Shown here one piece after another: positions 39,568 through 48,486 of a DNA stretch of 64,000 nucleotides. The position numbers were made by a program, and so were the translations under genes. Each line of letters opens with the position of its first letter. Within the stretch, counting starts at the first letter, position 1. Origin of the DNA: Solirubrobacteraceae bacterium (GTDB lineage: Bacteria > Actinomycetota > Thermoleophilia > Solirubrobacterales > Solirubrobacteraceae); NCBI GenBank assembly GCA_036513795.1, contig DATBYJ010000121.1:1190-65189 (forward strand), in the 5' to 3' direction. Below the pieces are notes generated by a model. That model did no database searches. It saw only the letters and a program-made list of their open reading frames with translations, and was not told the DNA's origin.

Positions 39568-39587
39568 AATACCTTTAAGTAGGTATT
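39568..39587. promoter_or_regulatory. Inverted-repeat operator AATACCT-N6-AGGTATT (partial second copy at 39740-39751)
   Basis: 7-bp perfect arms; CTTTAAGTAGGT repeated exactly at 39573 and 39740 in the lmbU-padR spacer. Confidence 0.55.
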
Positions 39588-39852
39588 CGAGTCAGTGCGA
39601 CAGCATCAATAAAGCGGCCCATCGGAGCGTTAGGCACGCAGACCAACTCGGCTCTACTAAACGGGGTTGAGCTAGTGAGAAACAGCTTCGGTGAAGCTTG
39701 GTGCAGCTCAAGCGCGTTCCGGGCGCCTGCACGGACGCTCTTTAAGTAGGTGTTTATGCAGTCGATCCAGCCGATGGTATAGAGTCCGGGTGCGCGAATC
39801 GTCCGGTACACGGGGAAGCGTGCGATGGGGAGCGGAATCGAAGGGAGGCTGG

Positions 39853-40617
39853 GTGTCTGCCAAGCATGCGTTGCTCGGGTTGCTGCTGGACAGGCCGGCC
39901 TACCGCTACCAGCTCGGCGACCGGCTGCAGGAGCGTCTTGGGCCTGCGTGGAAGATCAACTCCGGCCAGCTGTACCAGACAATCGAGCGGCTCGAGGTGG
40001 ACGGACTGATCGAGCGCATCGACTCGGCAACGGATGACCAGGACGAGCGGCACGTCTTCGCGGTGACAGCGGCCGGCGAGGACGAGTTCGAGCACTGGTT
40101 TGACGGAAGTATGAGCCGGGCGCGACTGTTGCGCAGGCCACTGCTGGTCAAGATTACGCTTGCCGGCCCCGAACGACTGGAGGACACCCTTCAGGAGATC
40201 GATAATTATGAGCGCGAGTGTGCGGCGTGCCTGCGCGAGCGCCTACGCTTGCGAGAAGAGATTCCGCTCGGTGGGCTCCAGGTCCGTGCCGATCACGAGC
40301 TCTTGCGTCTGAACTTGAATGCCGACATCGCACAGTTGGAGGCAGAACTTGGTTGGGCCAGACATGCGCGCGAGCGGATTGGCTGGCTGCTCGGCCAGGA
40401 CGCAATCTGGCCATCGGCGCAGCAGCGCAAAGCTGCAACCGAGCAGAGCCGCCAGCGCCAAGACGCTCGTGCCAAGCTTTTCGGCAGAATGGCGAGCAGC
40501 AGCGCCAGCCACCGGCCAACCGCGACAAAACACGCTGCAGCCCGCGAACACCCCACGCGCCGAGATGACAGACCGGCATCCGGTCGCAATAATCAGCGTG
40601 GAGATGCGCTGAGATGA
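39853..40617 (+). CDS. PadR family regulator
   Basis: GGGAGG RBS then VSAKHALLGLL...INSGQLYQTIERLE..GLI; C-terminal EAELGW. Confidence 0.88.
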   Translation: MSAKHALLGLLLDRPAYRYQLGDRLQERLGPAWKINSGQLYQTIERLEVDGLIERIDSATDDQDERHVFAVTAAGEDEFEHWFDGSMSRARLLRRPLLVKITLAGPERLEDTLQEIDNYERECAACLRERLRLREEIPLGGLQVRADHELLRLNLNADIAQLEAELGWARHARERIGWLLGQDAIWPSAQQRKAATEQSRQRQDARAKLFGRMASSSASHRPTATKHAAAREHPTRRDDRPASGRNNQRGDALR

Positions 40618-41357
40618 TCCTTCGTCTGGAAGCAATATCTAAGCGATACCGCAGGCCCGACGGGGACAGGATCCTGCTGGATGACATATCTCTCTCGCTG
40701 GAGCGCGGCCAGGTGTTGGGCGTCTTTGGTCCAAGCGGCGCAGGCAAGACCACGCTTCTTCGTATCGCCGCTGGCTTGCGCAGCCCGGACACAGGCGCGG
40801 TGATCTACAAAGGCGTACGTCTTGACCAGGCGTCGGCACGCGAGCGGACGCGCATCCGCCGTCGTGAGATCGCATGTGTGTGGGCCGCACAGTCTTGGCA
40901 GGAGCGACTCGGCGTACTCGACCATGTCGCGCTGCCGCTACTAGTGGACGGGCGTGGGCGGCGCGAGGCCGAACGGAGGGTGCACGAGGCACTACTGGCA
41001 TGCGAGGCGGAGCAGTGCGTTGCCATGGAGCTTGGTGAGCTCTCCGATGGCGAGCGCCAGCGCGTTGCGATCGCTCGCGCGCTCGTCACAGAACCCCAGC
41101 TACTGCTGGCCGACGGCCCGACATCGAGCCTCTCGCTGACAGAGCGGGAGGGGATCATGGTATTGCTCTCGGCCCTGGCGCGCGATGCTGGGGTGGCGGT
41201 GATGATTACCGCTAGCGATGCGCAGACGCTGCTACGCGCAGACCCAGTGGTCTACCTGCGAGACGGCAAGCTGATCGGCCCTGAGCCGAGCAGCGAGGGC
41301 GGCCGCGTCTACCGCTTCCCGGCGGTCGGGTCTCGCCGAGCCGCCAGCGATGCTTGA
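40614..41357 (+). CDS. Degenerate ABC ATP-binding protein
   Basis: Walker A GPSGAGKT intact, but LSDGE signature, LLADGPT (no catalytic Glu) and ITASD (no switch His). Confidence 0.85.
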   Translation: MILRLEAISKRYRRPDGDRILLDDISLSLERGQVLGVFGPSGAGKTTLLRIAAGLRSPDTGAVIYKGVRLDQASARERTRIRRREIACVWAAQSWQERLGVLDHVALPLLVDGRGRREAERRVHEALLACEAEQCVAMELGELSDGERQRVAIARALVTEPQLLLADGPTSSLSLTEREGIMVLLSALARDAGVAVMITASDAQTLLRADPVVYLRDGKLIGPEPSSEGGRVYRFPAVGSRRAASDA

Positions 41358-42048
41358 ACTCGATCACGCGCGCAAGCACTACACGGGCCCAGGAGGTGTA
41401 GTTCACGCCATCGATGGCATATGCATGAGCATCAGTGCCGGGGAGGTCGTGGCGATCTACGGCCCGAGCGGATCGGGAAAGACCACCCTGCTGCTGCTCG
41501 CAGCGGGACTGCTGCGAGCAGATGCGGGCTGGGTGCGCTTCGAAGATCGCGACCTCGCAACGCTATCCAGGCACGAGATTCTCTCCTATCGGCGGACAAA
41601 GCTGGGCTTTGTCTTTCAGAACTTCAATCTAATCGCTGGTCTGACGGCTGCTGAGAACGTTGCGATACCGCTGCTGCTGCGTGGGCTGGACCATCGTCGC
41701 GCACACCATCGGGCGCTCGAGGCACTCGACGGTGTGGGCCTTGTTGGTCGAGCCGCGCATATCCCCGCGCGTCTCTCTGGTGGCGAGCAACAGCGCGTGG
41801 CGATCGCGAGGGCGCTCGTAGGTAATCCGCCACTCGTTTTGGCCGACGAGCCAACCGGCAACCTCGACAGCGACACCGGGGACGTCGTGCTTGACCTGCT
41901 GAGCTCGCTGTCACGCGAGCGAGGAGCAACCACAATCTTGGTGACCCACGACGCGAACGTGTCGCCTTACGCCGACCGTGTGATCGGGATGCGCGACGGC
42001 AGGCTGATTGAGCCGGAACTGGAGGCACAGACAGTGATCGATCGATGA
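41350..42048 (+). CDS. ABC ATP-binding protein (canonical LolD-like)
   Basis: GPSGSGKT, GFVFQNFNL, LSGGEQQR, DEPTGNLD, VTHD. Confidence 0.93.
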   Translation: MLELDHARKHYTGPGGVVHAIDGICMSISAGEVVAIYGPSGSGKTTLLLLAAGLLRADAGWVRFEDRDLATLSRHEILSYRRTKLGFVFQNFNLIAGLTAAENVAIPLLLRGLDHRRAHHRALEALDGVGLVGRAAHIPARLSGGEQQRVAIARALVGNPPLVLADEPTGNLDSDTGDVVLDLLSSLSRERGATTILVTHDANVSPYADRVIGMRDGRLIEPELEAQTVIDR

Positions 42049-44594
42049 TCGATTACCTGCGCACGCTGCTGCTGTTTTACAAGCGTCACCTACGCGCCCA
42101 GCCGCTTCGTGAGCTAATGGCAGTCGTGGGCGTGGCTGCAGGTGTCGCACTGCTGTTCGCTATCCAGGTCGCACACGGCAGCATCACGGGCTCGTTCGAA
42201 CAGATTGCTCACGGCGTAGCGGGAAACGCCACGATCGAACTGGCATCCCGCGGGCCGGAAGGATTCAACGAGCGGATCTCCGAAGAAGTTGAAGGCATGG
42301 CCGATGTCAAGGCGACCGCGCCAATCTTCCAGGATCAGGTCGTAGCCGTCGGGCCGAAAGGCCGACGGGCCCTCACGTTGGTGGGCTCGACAGAACAGCT
42401 TGCCAGCCTTGGCGGAGCGTTCTCGCTGCAATTCCTGCGAGTAGGAGAAGCGTCTCGGCGGGGATTGGTTGTCTTGACCGAACCAACTGCGAGAGCATTG
42501 GGGGCAAGACCGGGCAGCACGCTCACGATCCTGGCCGGCGAGCGAATCGAACATCTCCCGGTCGCCGCAACCATACCGAGCGACAAGATTGGGCCCCTCG
42601 CGGAGAGCTCGATCGCTGCCGCATCCTTGCCGGTGGTTCAGAGCCTCGCCGGATCACCGCGGCGCGTTACGCGGATCCTAGTCGAGCCGAAGCCGGGACA
42701 CGAACCAGCGCTACACCACGCGCTGGAGGAGCGTTTCGGCGCGACGCTCAATATCCGTCCTGTGAACACGGAAGCGCGGCTGTTGGGTAATGCTTCGGGG
42801 CCCGAACAGCAGGTGACGCTTCTGTTCAGCGCAATCAGCCTTGTGACCGGAGCGATCCTCGCTTACAACGCGCTGCTGCTGGCCAGTGACGAGCGTCGGC
42901 GGTTCATCATCTACCTGATCGAGGCGGGAACCCCGGATTCCATGATCGTAGCATCGTTGGCATTCGACGCATTCATACTCGGCCTCGTTGGATCGGTGCT
43001 GGGCGTACTGGCCGGCGATGCCATTTCGTTGGTTGCCTACCGCGCCGTGCCCGGCTACATCGCTGCGGCATTCGCGATCGGTGGCCAACGAGTAGTGGGG
43101 ATACCTACGATCGCGATCGCGTTGGCGGGCGGCATGCTCGCAGCGTTCGCCGCAGCAGCATTGCCCGCGATGGTGGCTTTGCGCGGCAGCGCGGCGGCCG
43201 AGCCTGAAGCCGTTGGACGTACGCTGACCTTCGCGCGCAAGCTGCGCGTTTCGGACAAGCTCATCTTCGCGTGCGGGGCATCGCTCATGTGTGCTTCGAT
43301 CGCGCTGGCGGCGCTAGAGCCAGGAACGACCGTAATAGCGCTGGTGGGGCTTGCAGCCGGCCTGATGGTCTGCCTACCCCTCGTGTTGCGCTATGTGCTG
43401 ACGCTCGCCAATATCGCATCGCGGCATTCGAGCGATCCGGCAGCGCGCGTCGCTGTCGCCGAGCTTCGCGGCTCGCCGACCCGCTCGGTTGCGCTGCTCG
43501 CCACGGGAACCGTCGCGGTCTTCCTGATGGTGCTGATCGGGGGCGCGGTGTCCGACGTCCAGCACGCCGTTCGACGGGGCGCCTCAGATCTACTCTCGGG
43601 CGCAAGCGTCTGGATCAAGCCCGGCGGGCCCGAGAACGTGTACACCACAGAGCCGTTTGCGTACGCTGAAACTCAACAGCGGCTGCAGCATCTCGGTGTA
43701 GTCAACGCCGTCCTAGCGTGGCGTGACTCATTCCTGGACTTGCCGGGACGGCGGGTGTGGGTGCTCGGCGTTCCGCCGCAGATCTCGGCGCAGATCGCTC
43801 CAAGCCAGCTCATCGAAGGATCCCTCCAGACGGCTGATGAACGTATACAAAAAGGCGGTTGGGTCGCGATGAGCCAGATCATCGCCCGGGAAGACCACCT
43901 ACGCATCGGCGAGCGCTTCAGCTTGCCTACCCCGGCGGGATTCGCGTCGGTTCGCCTTGCGGCAACGATCGCCAACTACGGCTGGCTGTCCGGCGCGATC
44001 GTCATGAATGGCGACGAACACGCGCGACTGTGGAGCGAGACTACGGCATCGCAGCTGGGTGTCACGCTCAGGCCCGGCATCACGATCGAGGCGGGCAAGC
44101 AAGCCGTCGAAAAAGCACTTCCAAGAGGTTCGGCGCTTACGGTCGAGACCGTCGATGAACGGCACGCGGAAGTCAGCTCGGTTCTCGGCAGCACACTCGC
44201 ACGACTTAACGACACCACGATCGTTGTCCTCATAGCCGCGGTGCTGTCAGTAATAGCTTTGATGATCGCCGCGATTTGGCAGCGACGAGAGCGGCTGGAC
44301 TCGCTGATGTCGATCGGCATGAGCACAGGCCAGCTCACGAGGCTGATCTTCTTCGAGAGCGCCTCCGTATTGCTTGTAGGATGCTTGATCGGAATGGCGG
44401 CTGGCTTGGTTGGCCAAGACCTCATTGACGGCTGGCTGCACCAGACAACCGGATCGCCAGTCACGTTCAACCCAGCCTGGCAAATTGGCCTGCGCACGAT
44501 TGTGATCGCGACCGGTATCTCAGTCCTCGCATGTGGTGCAACAATCACACAGACGAGCCGATATCAACCGAGGGCCTCCTTCTCAACCGAGTGA
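42045..44594 (+). CDS. FtsX/MacB-type ABC permease (paralog of 26212..28737)
   Basis: Same duplicated architecture; shared GGWV...IG.RF.LPTP and IWQRR blocks. Confidence 0.88.
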   Translation: MIDYLRTLLLFYKRHLRAQPLRELMAVVGVAAGVALLFAIQVAHGSITGSFEQIAHGVAGNATIELASRGPEGFNERISEEVEGMADVKATAPIFQDQVVAVGPKGRRALTLVGSTEQLASLGGAFSLQFLRVGEASRRGLVVLTEPTARALGARPGSTLTILAGERIEHLPVAATIPSDKIGPLAESSIAAASLPVVQSLAGSPRRVTRILVEPKPGHEPALHHALEERFGATLNIRPVNTEARLLGNASGPEQQVTLLFSAISLVTGAILAYNALLLASDERRRFIIYLIEAGTPDSMIVASLAFDAFILGLVGSVLGVLAGDAISLVAYRAVPGYIAAAFAIGGQRVVGIPTIAIALAGGMLAAFAAAALPAMVALRGSAAAEPEAVGRTLTFARKLRVSDKLIFACGASLMCASIALAALEPGTTVIALVGLAAGLMVCLPLVLRYVLTLANIASRHSSDPAARVAVAELRGSPTRSVALLATGTVAVFLMVLIGGAVSDVQHAVRRGASDLLSGASVWIKPGGPENVYTTEPFAYAETQQRLQHLGVVNAVLAWRDSFLDLPGRRVWVLGVPPQISAQIAPSQLIEGSLQTADERIQKGGWVAMSQIIAREDHLRIGERFSLPTPAGFASVRLAATIANYGWLSGAIVMNGDEHARLWSETTASQLGVTLRPGITIEAGKQAVEKALPRGSALTVETVDERHAEVSSVLGSTLARLNDTTIVVLIAAVLSVIALMIAAIWQRRERLDSLMSIGMSTGQLTRLIFFESASVLLVGCLIGMAAGLVGQDLIDGWLHQTTGSPVTFNPAWQIGLRTIVIATGISVLACGATITQTSRYQPRASFSTE

Positions 44595-44637
44595 GAAACT
44601 CGTGTGAACATATTCCACGAGACCCAATCGAGGGCTA

Positions 44638-45468
44638 ATGTCAAAGGCCATGACTCGCGCACGCGCGGCACGGACCCAACGGGCTGAGGTGACCTCCGCA
44701 GCACAGGGAGCGAGCACATTCGAGCCCGGGTTGCGGCTGTTGCCGCGCGATCTCCAAGCCGATGCGCGCAAACTTTACGGGCTGCTGCGTACGGTTGACG
44801 ATCTAGTTGACGAGCATGATCCCCAGGCAGCATCCCGAGTGAATGCGATCGAACGCTGGGCACACGCGGAAGAGGCCGACACACCCGAGACCCGGACGCT
44901 GTCGGCTCTCGCGCAACGATATCCAGTACCACCCGAGTCAATCATCGAATTCTGCCAGGGGATGCGTCACGACCTCGCTGAGGGGACACTGGCGAGCGAA
45001 ACCGATCTCGAACGCTATTGCCAGTACGTCGGGGGTGCGATCGGGGTCGTTCTTACAAGGATGTTCGGCAGTACCGATCCGAGCTGTGAGGACAGGATGG
45101 CCATGCTCGGCAGGGCCTTTCAGCGGACGAACATCCTGCGTGACATTGATGAGGATCACGACCACGGTCGCGTCTATGTAGCCCGCCGCACGATCGAGCG
45201 CTTTGGATCTCCGACACCGGGCGCACGCGAAGCCTTGATGCGCGATCAAATCGCTCGAGCCGACCAGCTCTACGATGAAGGACTCAGCGCTATACCGCTG
45301 CTGTCCCGCGGCGGACGCGGCATGGCCGTTTCCGTCTCTCTCTACCGCGAGATCCTGCGCCAGATCGAGCGAGAGGGTTATGGACGACAGCGCGGGCGCA
45401 TCAACGTGCCGAGTTGGCGGATGCACCTGTTGGTCTTAAAACACCGCCTGAAACCTACATACGTATAG
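44638..45468 (+). CDS. Phytoene/squalene synthase family protein (CrtB/HpnD-like)
   Basis: RTVDDLVD, LERYCQYVGG, FQRTNILRDIDED, GRVY, YREILRQIE. Confidence 0.88.
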   Translation: MSKAMTRARAARTQRAEVTSAAQGASTFEPGLRLLPRDLQADARKLYGLLRTVDDLVDEHDPQAASRVNAIERWAHAEEADTPETRTLSALAQRYPVPPESIIEFCQGMRHDLAEGTLASETDLERYCQYVGGAIGVVLTRMFGSTDPSCEDRMAMLGRAFQRTNILRDIDEDHDHGRVYVARRTIERFGSPTPGAREALMRDQIARADQLYDEGLSAIPLLSRGGRGMAVSVSLYREILRQIEREGYGRQRGRINVPSWRMHLLVLKHRLKPTYV

Positions 45469-45528
45469 GCCGCGTTCGATCAAGCCTTGCAGGAGCACGT
45501 TCCGCGCATTAGAGTGCCAGTCTATCGA

Positions 45529-46050
45529 ATGGTTTCAATAAGTTCGTCAGTCAGAAAGTGGGGCGAGGCTCGCCTCTCGGCTCGCTCGCGAAGTGCCGCG
45601 GCGGGTGCCATCGCGCTCGTGTTGTCTGCCATGCTGGTCGGCACCGCGATGAGCGCACCGACACACGCCGCAGAGCGTGCTGCGCACGCAACACGAACGT
45701 TGGATGGAGCCGACAACGCCACGCTTCATCTTGTGCGGCCGGGCGAAAGGCTGCTCGAGGAAGGCGCGGTGACGGGAGCGTTGCCTGGCCGTATGCGCGC
45801 CGAACTGAACATCGGCCCTATCTACTACAAGGGCAGGTTTACGATCGACACGCGCAACGGGAGCATCAGCGGCAACGGCACTGCCACACCACACGGCGCA
45901 GGCCGCTACCAGAGCTTCGCCGGATGGCTGAACATCACAAGCGGCAGCGGGTCCTACGCGCACGTTCACGGTCGTGACACTCTCTATGGAGTGTTCGATC
46001 GCAGGACCTACGCGGTGACAATCAAGACGACCGGAAGCCTCTCTTACTAA
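45529..46050 (+). CDS. Secreted beta-rich protein, dirigent/AOC-like (paralog B)
   Basis: LLEEGAVTGALPG, ITSGSGSYAHVHG, YGVFDRRTYA...TTGSLSY; start approximate. Confidence 0.7.
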   Translation: MVSISSSVRKWGEARLSARSRSAAAGAIALVLSAMLVGTAMSAPTHAAERAAHATRTLDGADNATLHLVRPGERLLEEGAVTGALPGRMRAELNIGPIYYKGRFTIDTRNGSISGNGTATPHGAGRYQSFAGWLNITSGSGSYAHVHGRDTLYGVFDRRTYAVTIKTTGSLSY

Positions 46051-46073
46051 CCGCCCCGTCGTGGCCCAAGCCA

Positions 46074-46850
46074 GTGCGCACCTGCCAGATCTTGACGGCG
46101 CTACTTGCGCTGCTCGCATGCCTTTCAACCACAGCGCGGGCGGACCCGTCGATAAGACTGCGCGCGACGTTCACACCCGAGCATCTAGGGCGAGCCGCAA
46201 CCGTCGACCTTGACATCAAAGTTGTCGCGCCTGGTGCCCTCCCCCCTCCCCTCGCGGAAGTGAGCTTGCGCTACCCGGCCGGCCTTGGGGTCGCACTCAG
46301 CGGCGTCGGCATCGACACCTGCCCAGCTCAGACACTCGAATCCTCAGCAGGACCCAAAGCCTGCCCGGCCGACTCACTCATGGGCACGGGCAACGCCCTG
46401 ACCGCACTGCAGGTCGGGCCACAAATCCTGCATGAGAAGACGACTGTCACAGTCGTGCGAGCGCCCGAAAGGAACGGGCATCTGGCGATGTTCTTCTACG
46501 CCGCCGGCGATGATCCCGTAATCGCGCGTACCTTGTTCATCGGCGAACTCCTCCCCGCCCACCGACCGTTCGGCGGTCGCATAAGGATCACGATCCCACC
46601 GATCACGGCACTGCCTGGCCAGTACATCGGGATCCAGAGACTCCACCTGGTGTTGGCTCCTCCCTGGTTCACCTACTACGAACGGATTCGTGGCAAGACG
46701 ATCGCCTACCACCCCAAAGGCATCCCGCTGCCCACCTCCTGTCCACACGGAGGTTTCCCATTCAGCGCCACTGCTGTCTTTCTCAACGGCCTTGAGGCGA
46801 AGACTGGCACAAGGGTGCCTTGTCCGATGGGCGCGGGCCGCCGTGAATGA
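46074..46850 (+). CDS. Secreted Cys-containing hypothetical protein
   Basis: Signal peptide; CPADSLMG module like those in 32993..35887; LPTSCPHGGFPF...VPCP. Confidence 0.7.
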   Translation: MRTCQILTALLALLACLSTTARADPSIRLRATFTPEHLGRAATVDLDIKVVAPGALPPPLAEVSLRYPAGLGVALSGVGIDTCPAQTLESSAGPKACPADSLMGTGNALTALQVGPQILHEKTTVTVVRAPERNGHLAMFFYAAGDDPVIARTLFIGELLPAHRPFGGRIRITIPPITALPGQYIGIQRLHLVLAPPWFTYYERIRGKTIAYHPKGIPLPTSCPHGGFPFSATAVFLNGLEAKTGTRVPCPMGAGRRE

Positions 46851-46864
46851 GCCTTCCGCCACAA

Positions 46865-46908
46865 GGGGTGAGCGACGGGGCTCGAACCCACGACCGCCTG
46901 GACCACAA
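46865..46908 (-). repeat. Duplicated 3' part of tRNA-His (att site)
   Basis: 44 bp matching 48380-48423 with one mismatch; identity ends in the anticodon loop. Confidence 0.9.
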
Positions 46909-47074
46909 TCGTCCCGCGCCCGACGGCTCGGCCGCCGGAAAGCCTGTATTCATGGGGGTTTCCGACGATCCAGCCAGCGCGACCAGTCCGGCGATTAGGC
47001 GCGATTCAGGGGGATTTAGGCAGCAGAACGGGGACTGCTGCCCAATGACTGCGACGCCAAAACCCATGCTACTC

Positions 47075-47096
47075 TCTACATAGAAAACCATGTAGA
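47075..47096. promoter_or_regulatory. Putative TA operator TCTACAT-N8-ATGTAGA
   Basis: Perfect 7-bp inverted repeat just before the AAGGAG RBS of 47108. Confidence 0.6.
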
Positions 47097-47107
47097 AGGA
47101 GCTTGGT

Positions 47108-47668
47108 ATGGCACGCGCGAGCACTGCATCAAAGACGTCGGGGGCAACGGTACGCGGCCGTGCGTCGGGTCGTAGCGTTGACGCGCCGTGGGGTCCCACG
47201 GAGATCCAGCGCGACTACCGAACGCTGCTCGACCGGGCAAAGGACACGCCCCAGGAAGTGCTCGACTCCGATGGCGAGGTGCTGATCATCCAGACCAAGG
47301 GCCTCGCGGAGTTCCAACGGCGGTTGCAGGCGCAGGTCGCCGAGACAGCCCGCTTCATGGCGATCTTCAACGAGCACCGCGACGTGCCGCCATCAGAGTG
47401 GGCGTTGCAGACCGCTTACCCGTGGGTCGCCACATTCTCTAGCGACGAGGTCGCGGAGTTCGCACTAGAGCTCGTAGCCGACACATTTGACGCCGCCCAA
47501 CGGGGAACCTTGGAGCACCTGGAAGGCAACCTCCGCGCCTGGGCCTCCACCGCAGGCGTCTACGGACAGCCGGACGCGATGCGAGCACTGCTCTCGCAAA
47601 TTGACCTGGACGGGATCGTCGAGGTTCTGCCTCCGTCTGAGGGGCAGGTCCGGGCGGCCCAAGCGTGA
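47108..47668 (+). CDS. Putative antitoxin (Phd-like N-region plus helical C-domain)
   Basis: PTEIQRDYRTLLDRA; YPWVATF...LRAWASTA; GTGA-coupled to a RelE-like gene. Confidence 0.6.
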   Translation: MARASTASKTSGATVRGRASGRSVDAPWGPTEIQRDYRTLLDRAKDTPQEVLDSDGEVLIIQTKGLAEFQRRLQAQVAETARFMAIFNEHRDVPPSEWALQTAYPWVATFSSDEVAEFALELVADTFDAAQRGTLEHLEGNLRAWASTAGVYGQPDAMRALLSQIDLDGIVEVLPPSEGQVRAAQA

Positions 47669-47964
47669 CCCGAGAGGTCAACGCGCCAAAGGGACGCTAC
47701 AAGGTCTATTGCACCGTCTATCGCGACTGGAACAAGCTCTGCCAGAATCGCCCCGGACCGATGCGACGCTGCTACATCGAGCTCGCGGACAACCCCTTCC
47801 CTCCAACGCAGACCAACCGCCACCACCAGCTCAAGAGCAAGCTCAAAGGCTTCTGGGAGTACGAGGTCGACAGCGGCGCACGCGTCCGCTACAAGCGGGG
47901 GGCTGACGATCGCCTCATCGTGCTCGTGGTGTACGCCGGTTCGGCGCCCCCTGATACGCACTGA
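47665..47964 (+). CDS. RelE/ParE-like toxin
   Basis: 99 aa, basic; HQLKSKLKGFWEYEVDSGARVRY...LIVLVVYAG..PPDT. Confidence 0.7.
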   Translation: MTREVNAPKGRYKVYCTVYRDWNKLCQNRPGPMRRCYIELADNPFPPTQTNRHHQLKSKLKGFWEYEVDSGARVRYKRGADDRLIVLVVYAGSAPPDTH

Positions 47965-48381
47965 TGTCCCGAACGCCGCTCGGGGGCTAACGGCATGCGC
48001 ACTGGTGTAGGCATAGCGCAGGCTGGTCCGGACACCGCCACACGCCGCGCGTCGGCAACCGACAAGTTCAGCGAGGAGCTACAGCCCGCGCGAAGACCTC
48101 AACGAGGCCAAATAGCACCCGCCAGCGCCTAGCTGGGGCTGATGCATACCACAGGAACGGACCCCATAAGGACCCTCAGATACCCCAAAGAACTACGAGC
48201 GGCCTGCCGCGCATCCACCCACTATCGCGGCCGATTCGACTCGCAAATCATCGAAATATCGGCCGCCCTCCAGCCGCACATTCCGCGCTCGCTGCCAGCA
48301 ATGGACCCAATTGGACTCCACCAGTACAACCACCCCTGCAAATCGACCCACCAAACCAGCCGATTTGCAGGCATTTCGAGG

Positions 48382-48454
48382 GGTGAGCGATGGGGCTCGA
48401 ACCCACGACCGCCTGGACCACAACCAGGAGCTCTACCAACTGAGCTACGCCCAC
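48382..48454 (-). tRNA. tRNA-His (GTG)
   Basis: GTGGGCGTAGCTCAGTTGGTAGAGC...TTGTGGT...GGTTCGAGCCC...CGCTCACC; encoded G-1 at 48455; CCA not encoded. Confidence 0.95.
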
Positions 48455-48486
48455 CACGTGATACGAGATGCAAGTTTAGCGTCGAG

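Larger units (their letters stand above)
46865..48423. mobile_element. Integrase-less genomic islet at tRNA-His carrying a TA pair
   Basis: Flanking tRNA-derived direct repeats; only two credible ORFs inside. Confidence 0.75.

Noticed and set aside
39645-39740. Fragments resembling a c-di-GMP-II riboswitch (GAGCTAGTG, GGGCGCCTG)
   Set aside because: The elements are in the wrong order and I could not build the full fold; kept only as generic hairpins
22917-46850. Terpene cluster as a tRNA-integrated island
   Set aside because: It lies outside the att repeats; no second att copy or integrase was seen at its left end
46865-46908. Second tRNA-His gene
   Set aside because: Only the 3' part is present; the D arm and 5' acceptor strand are absent, so it is an att site
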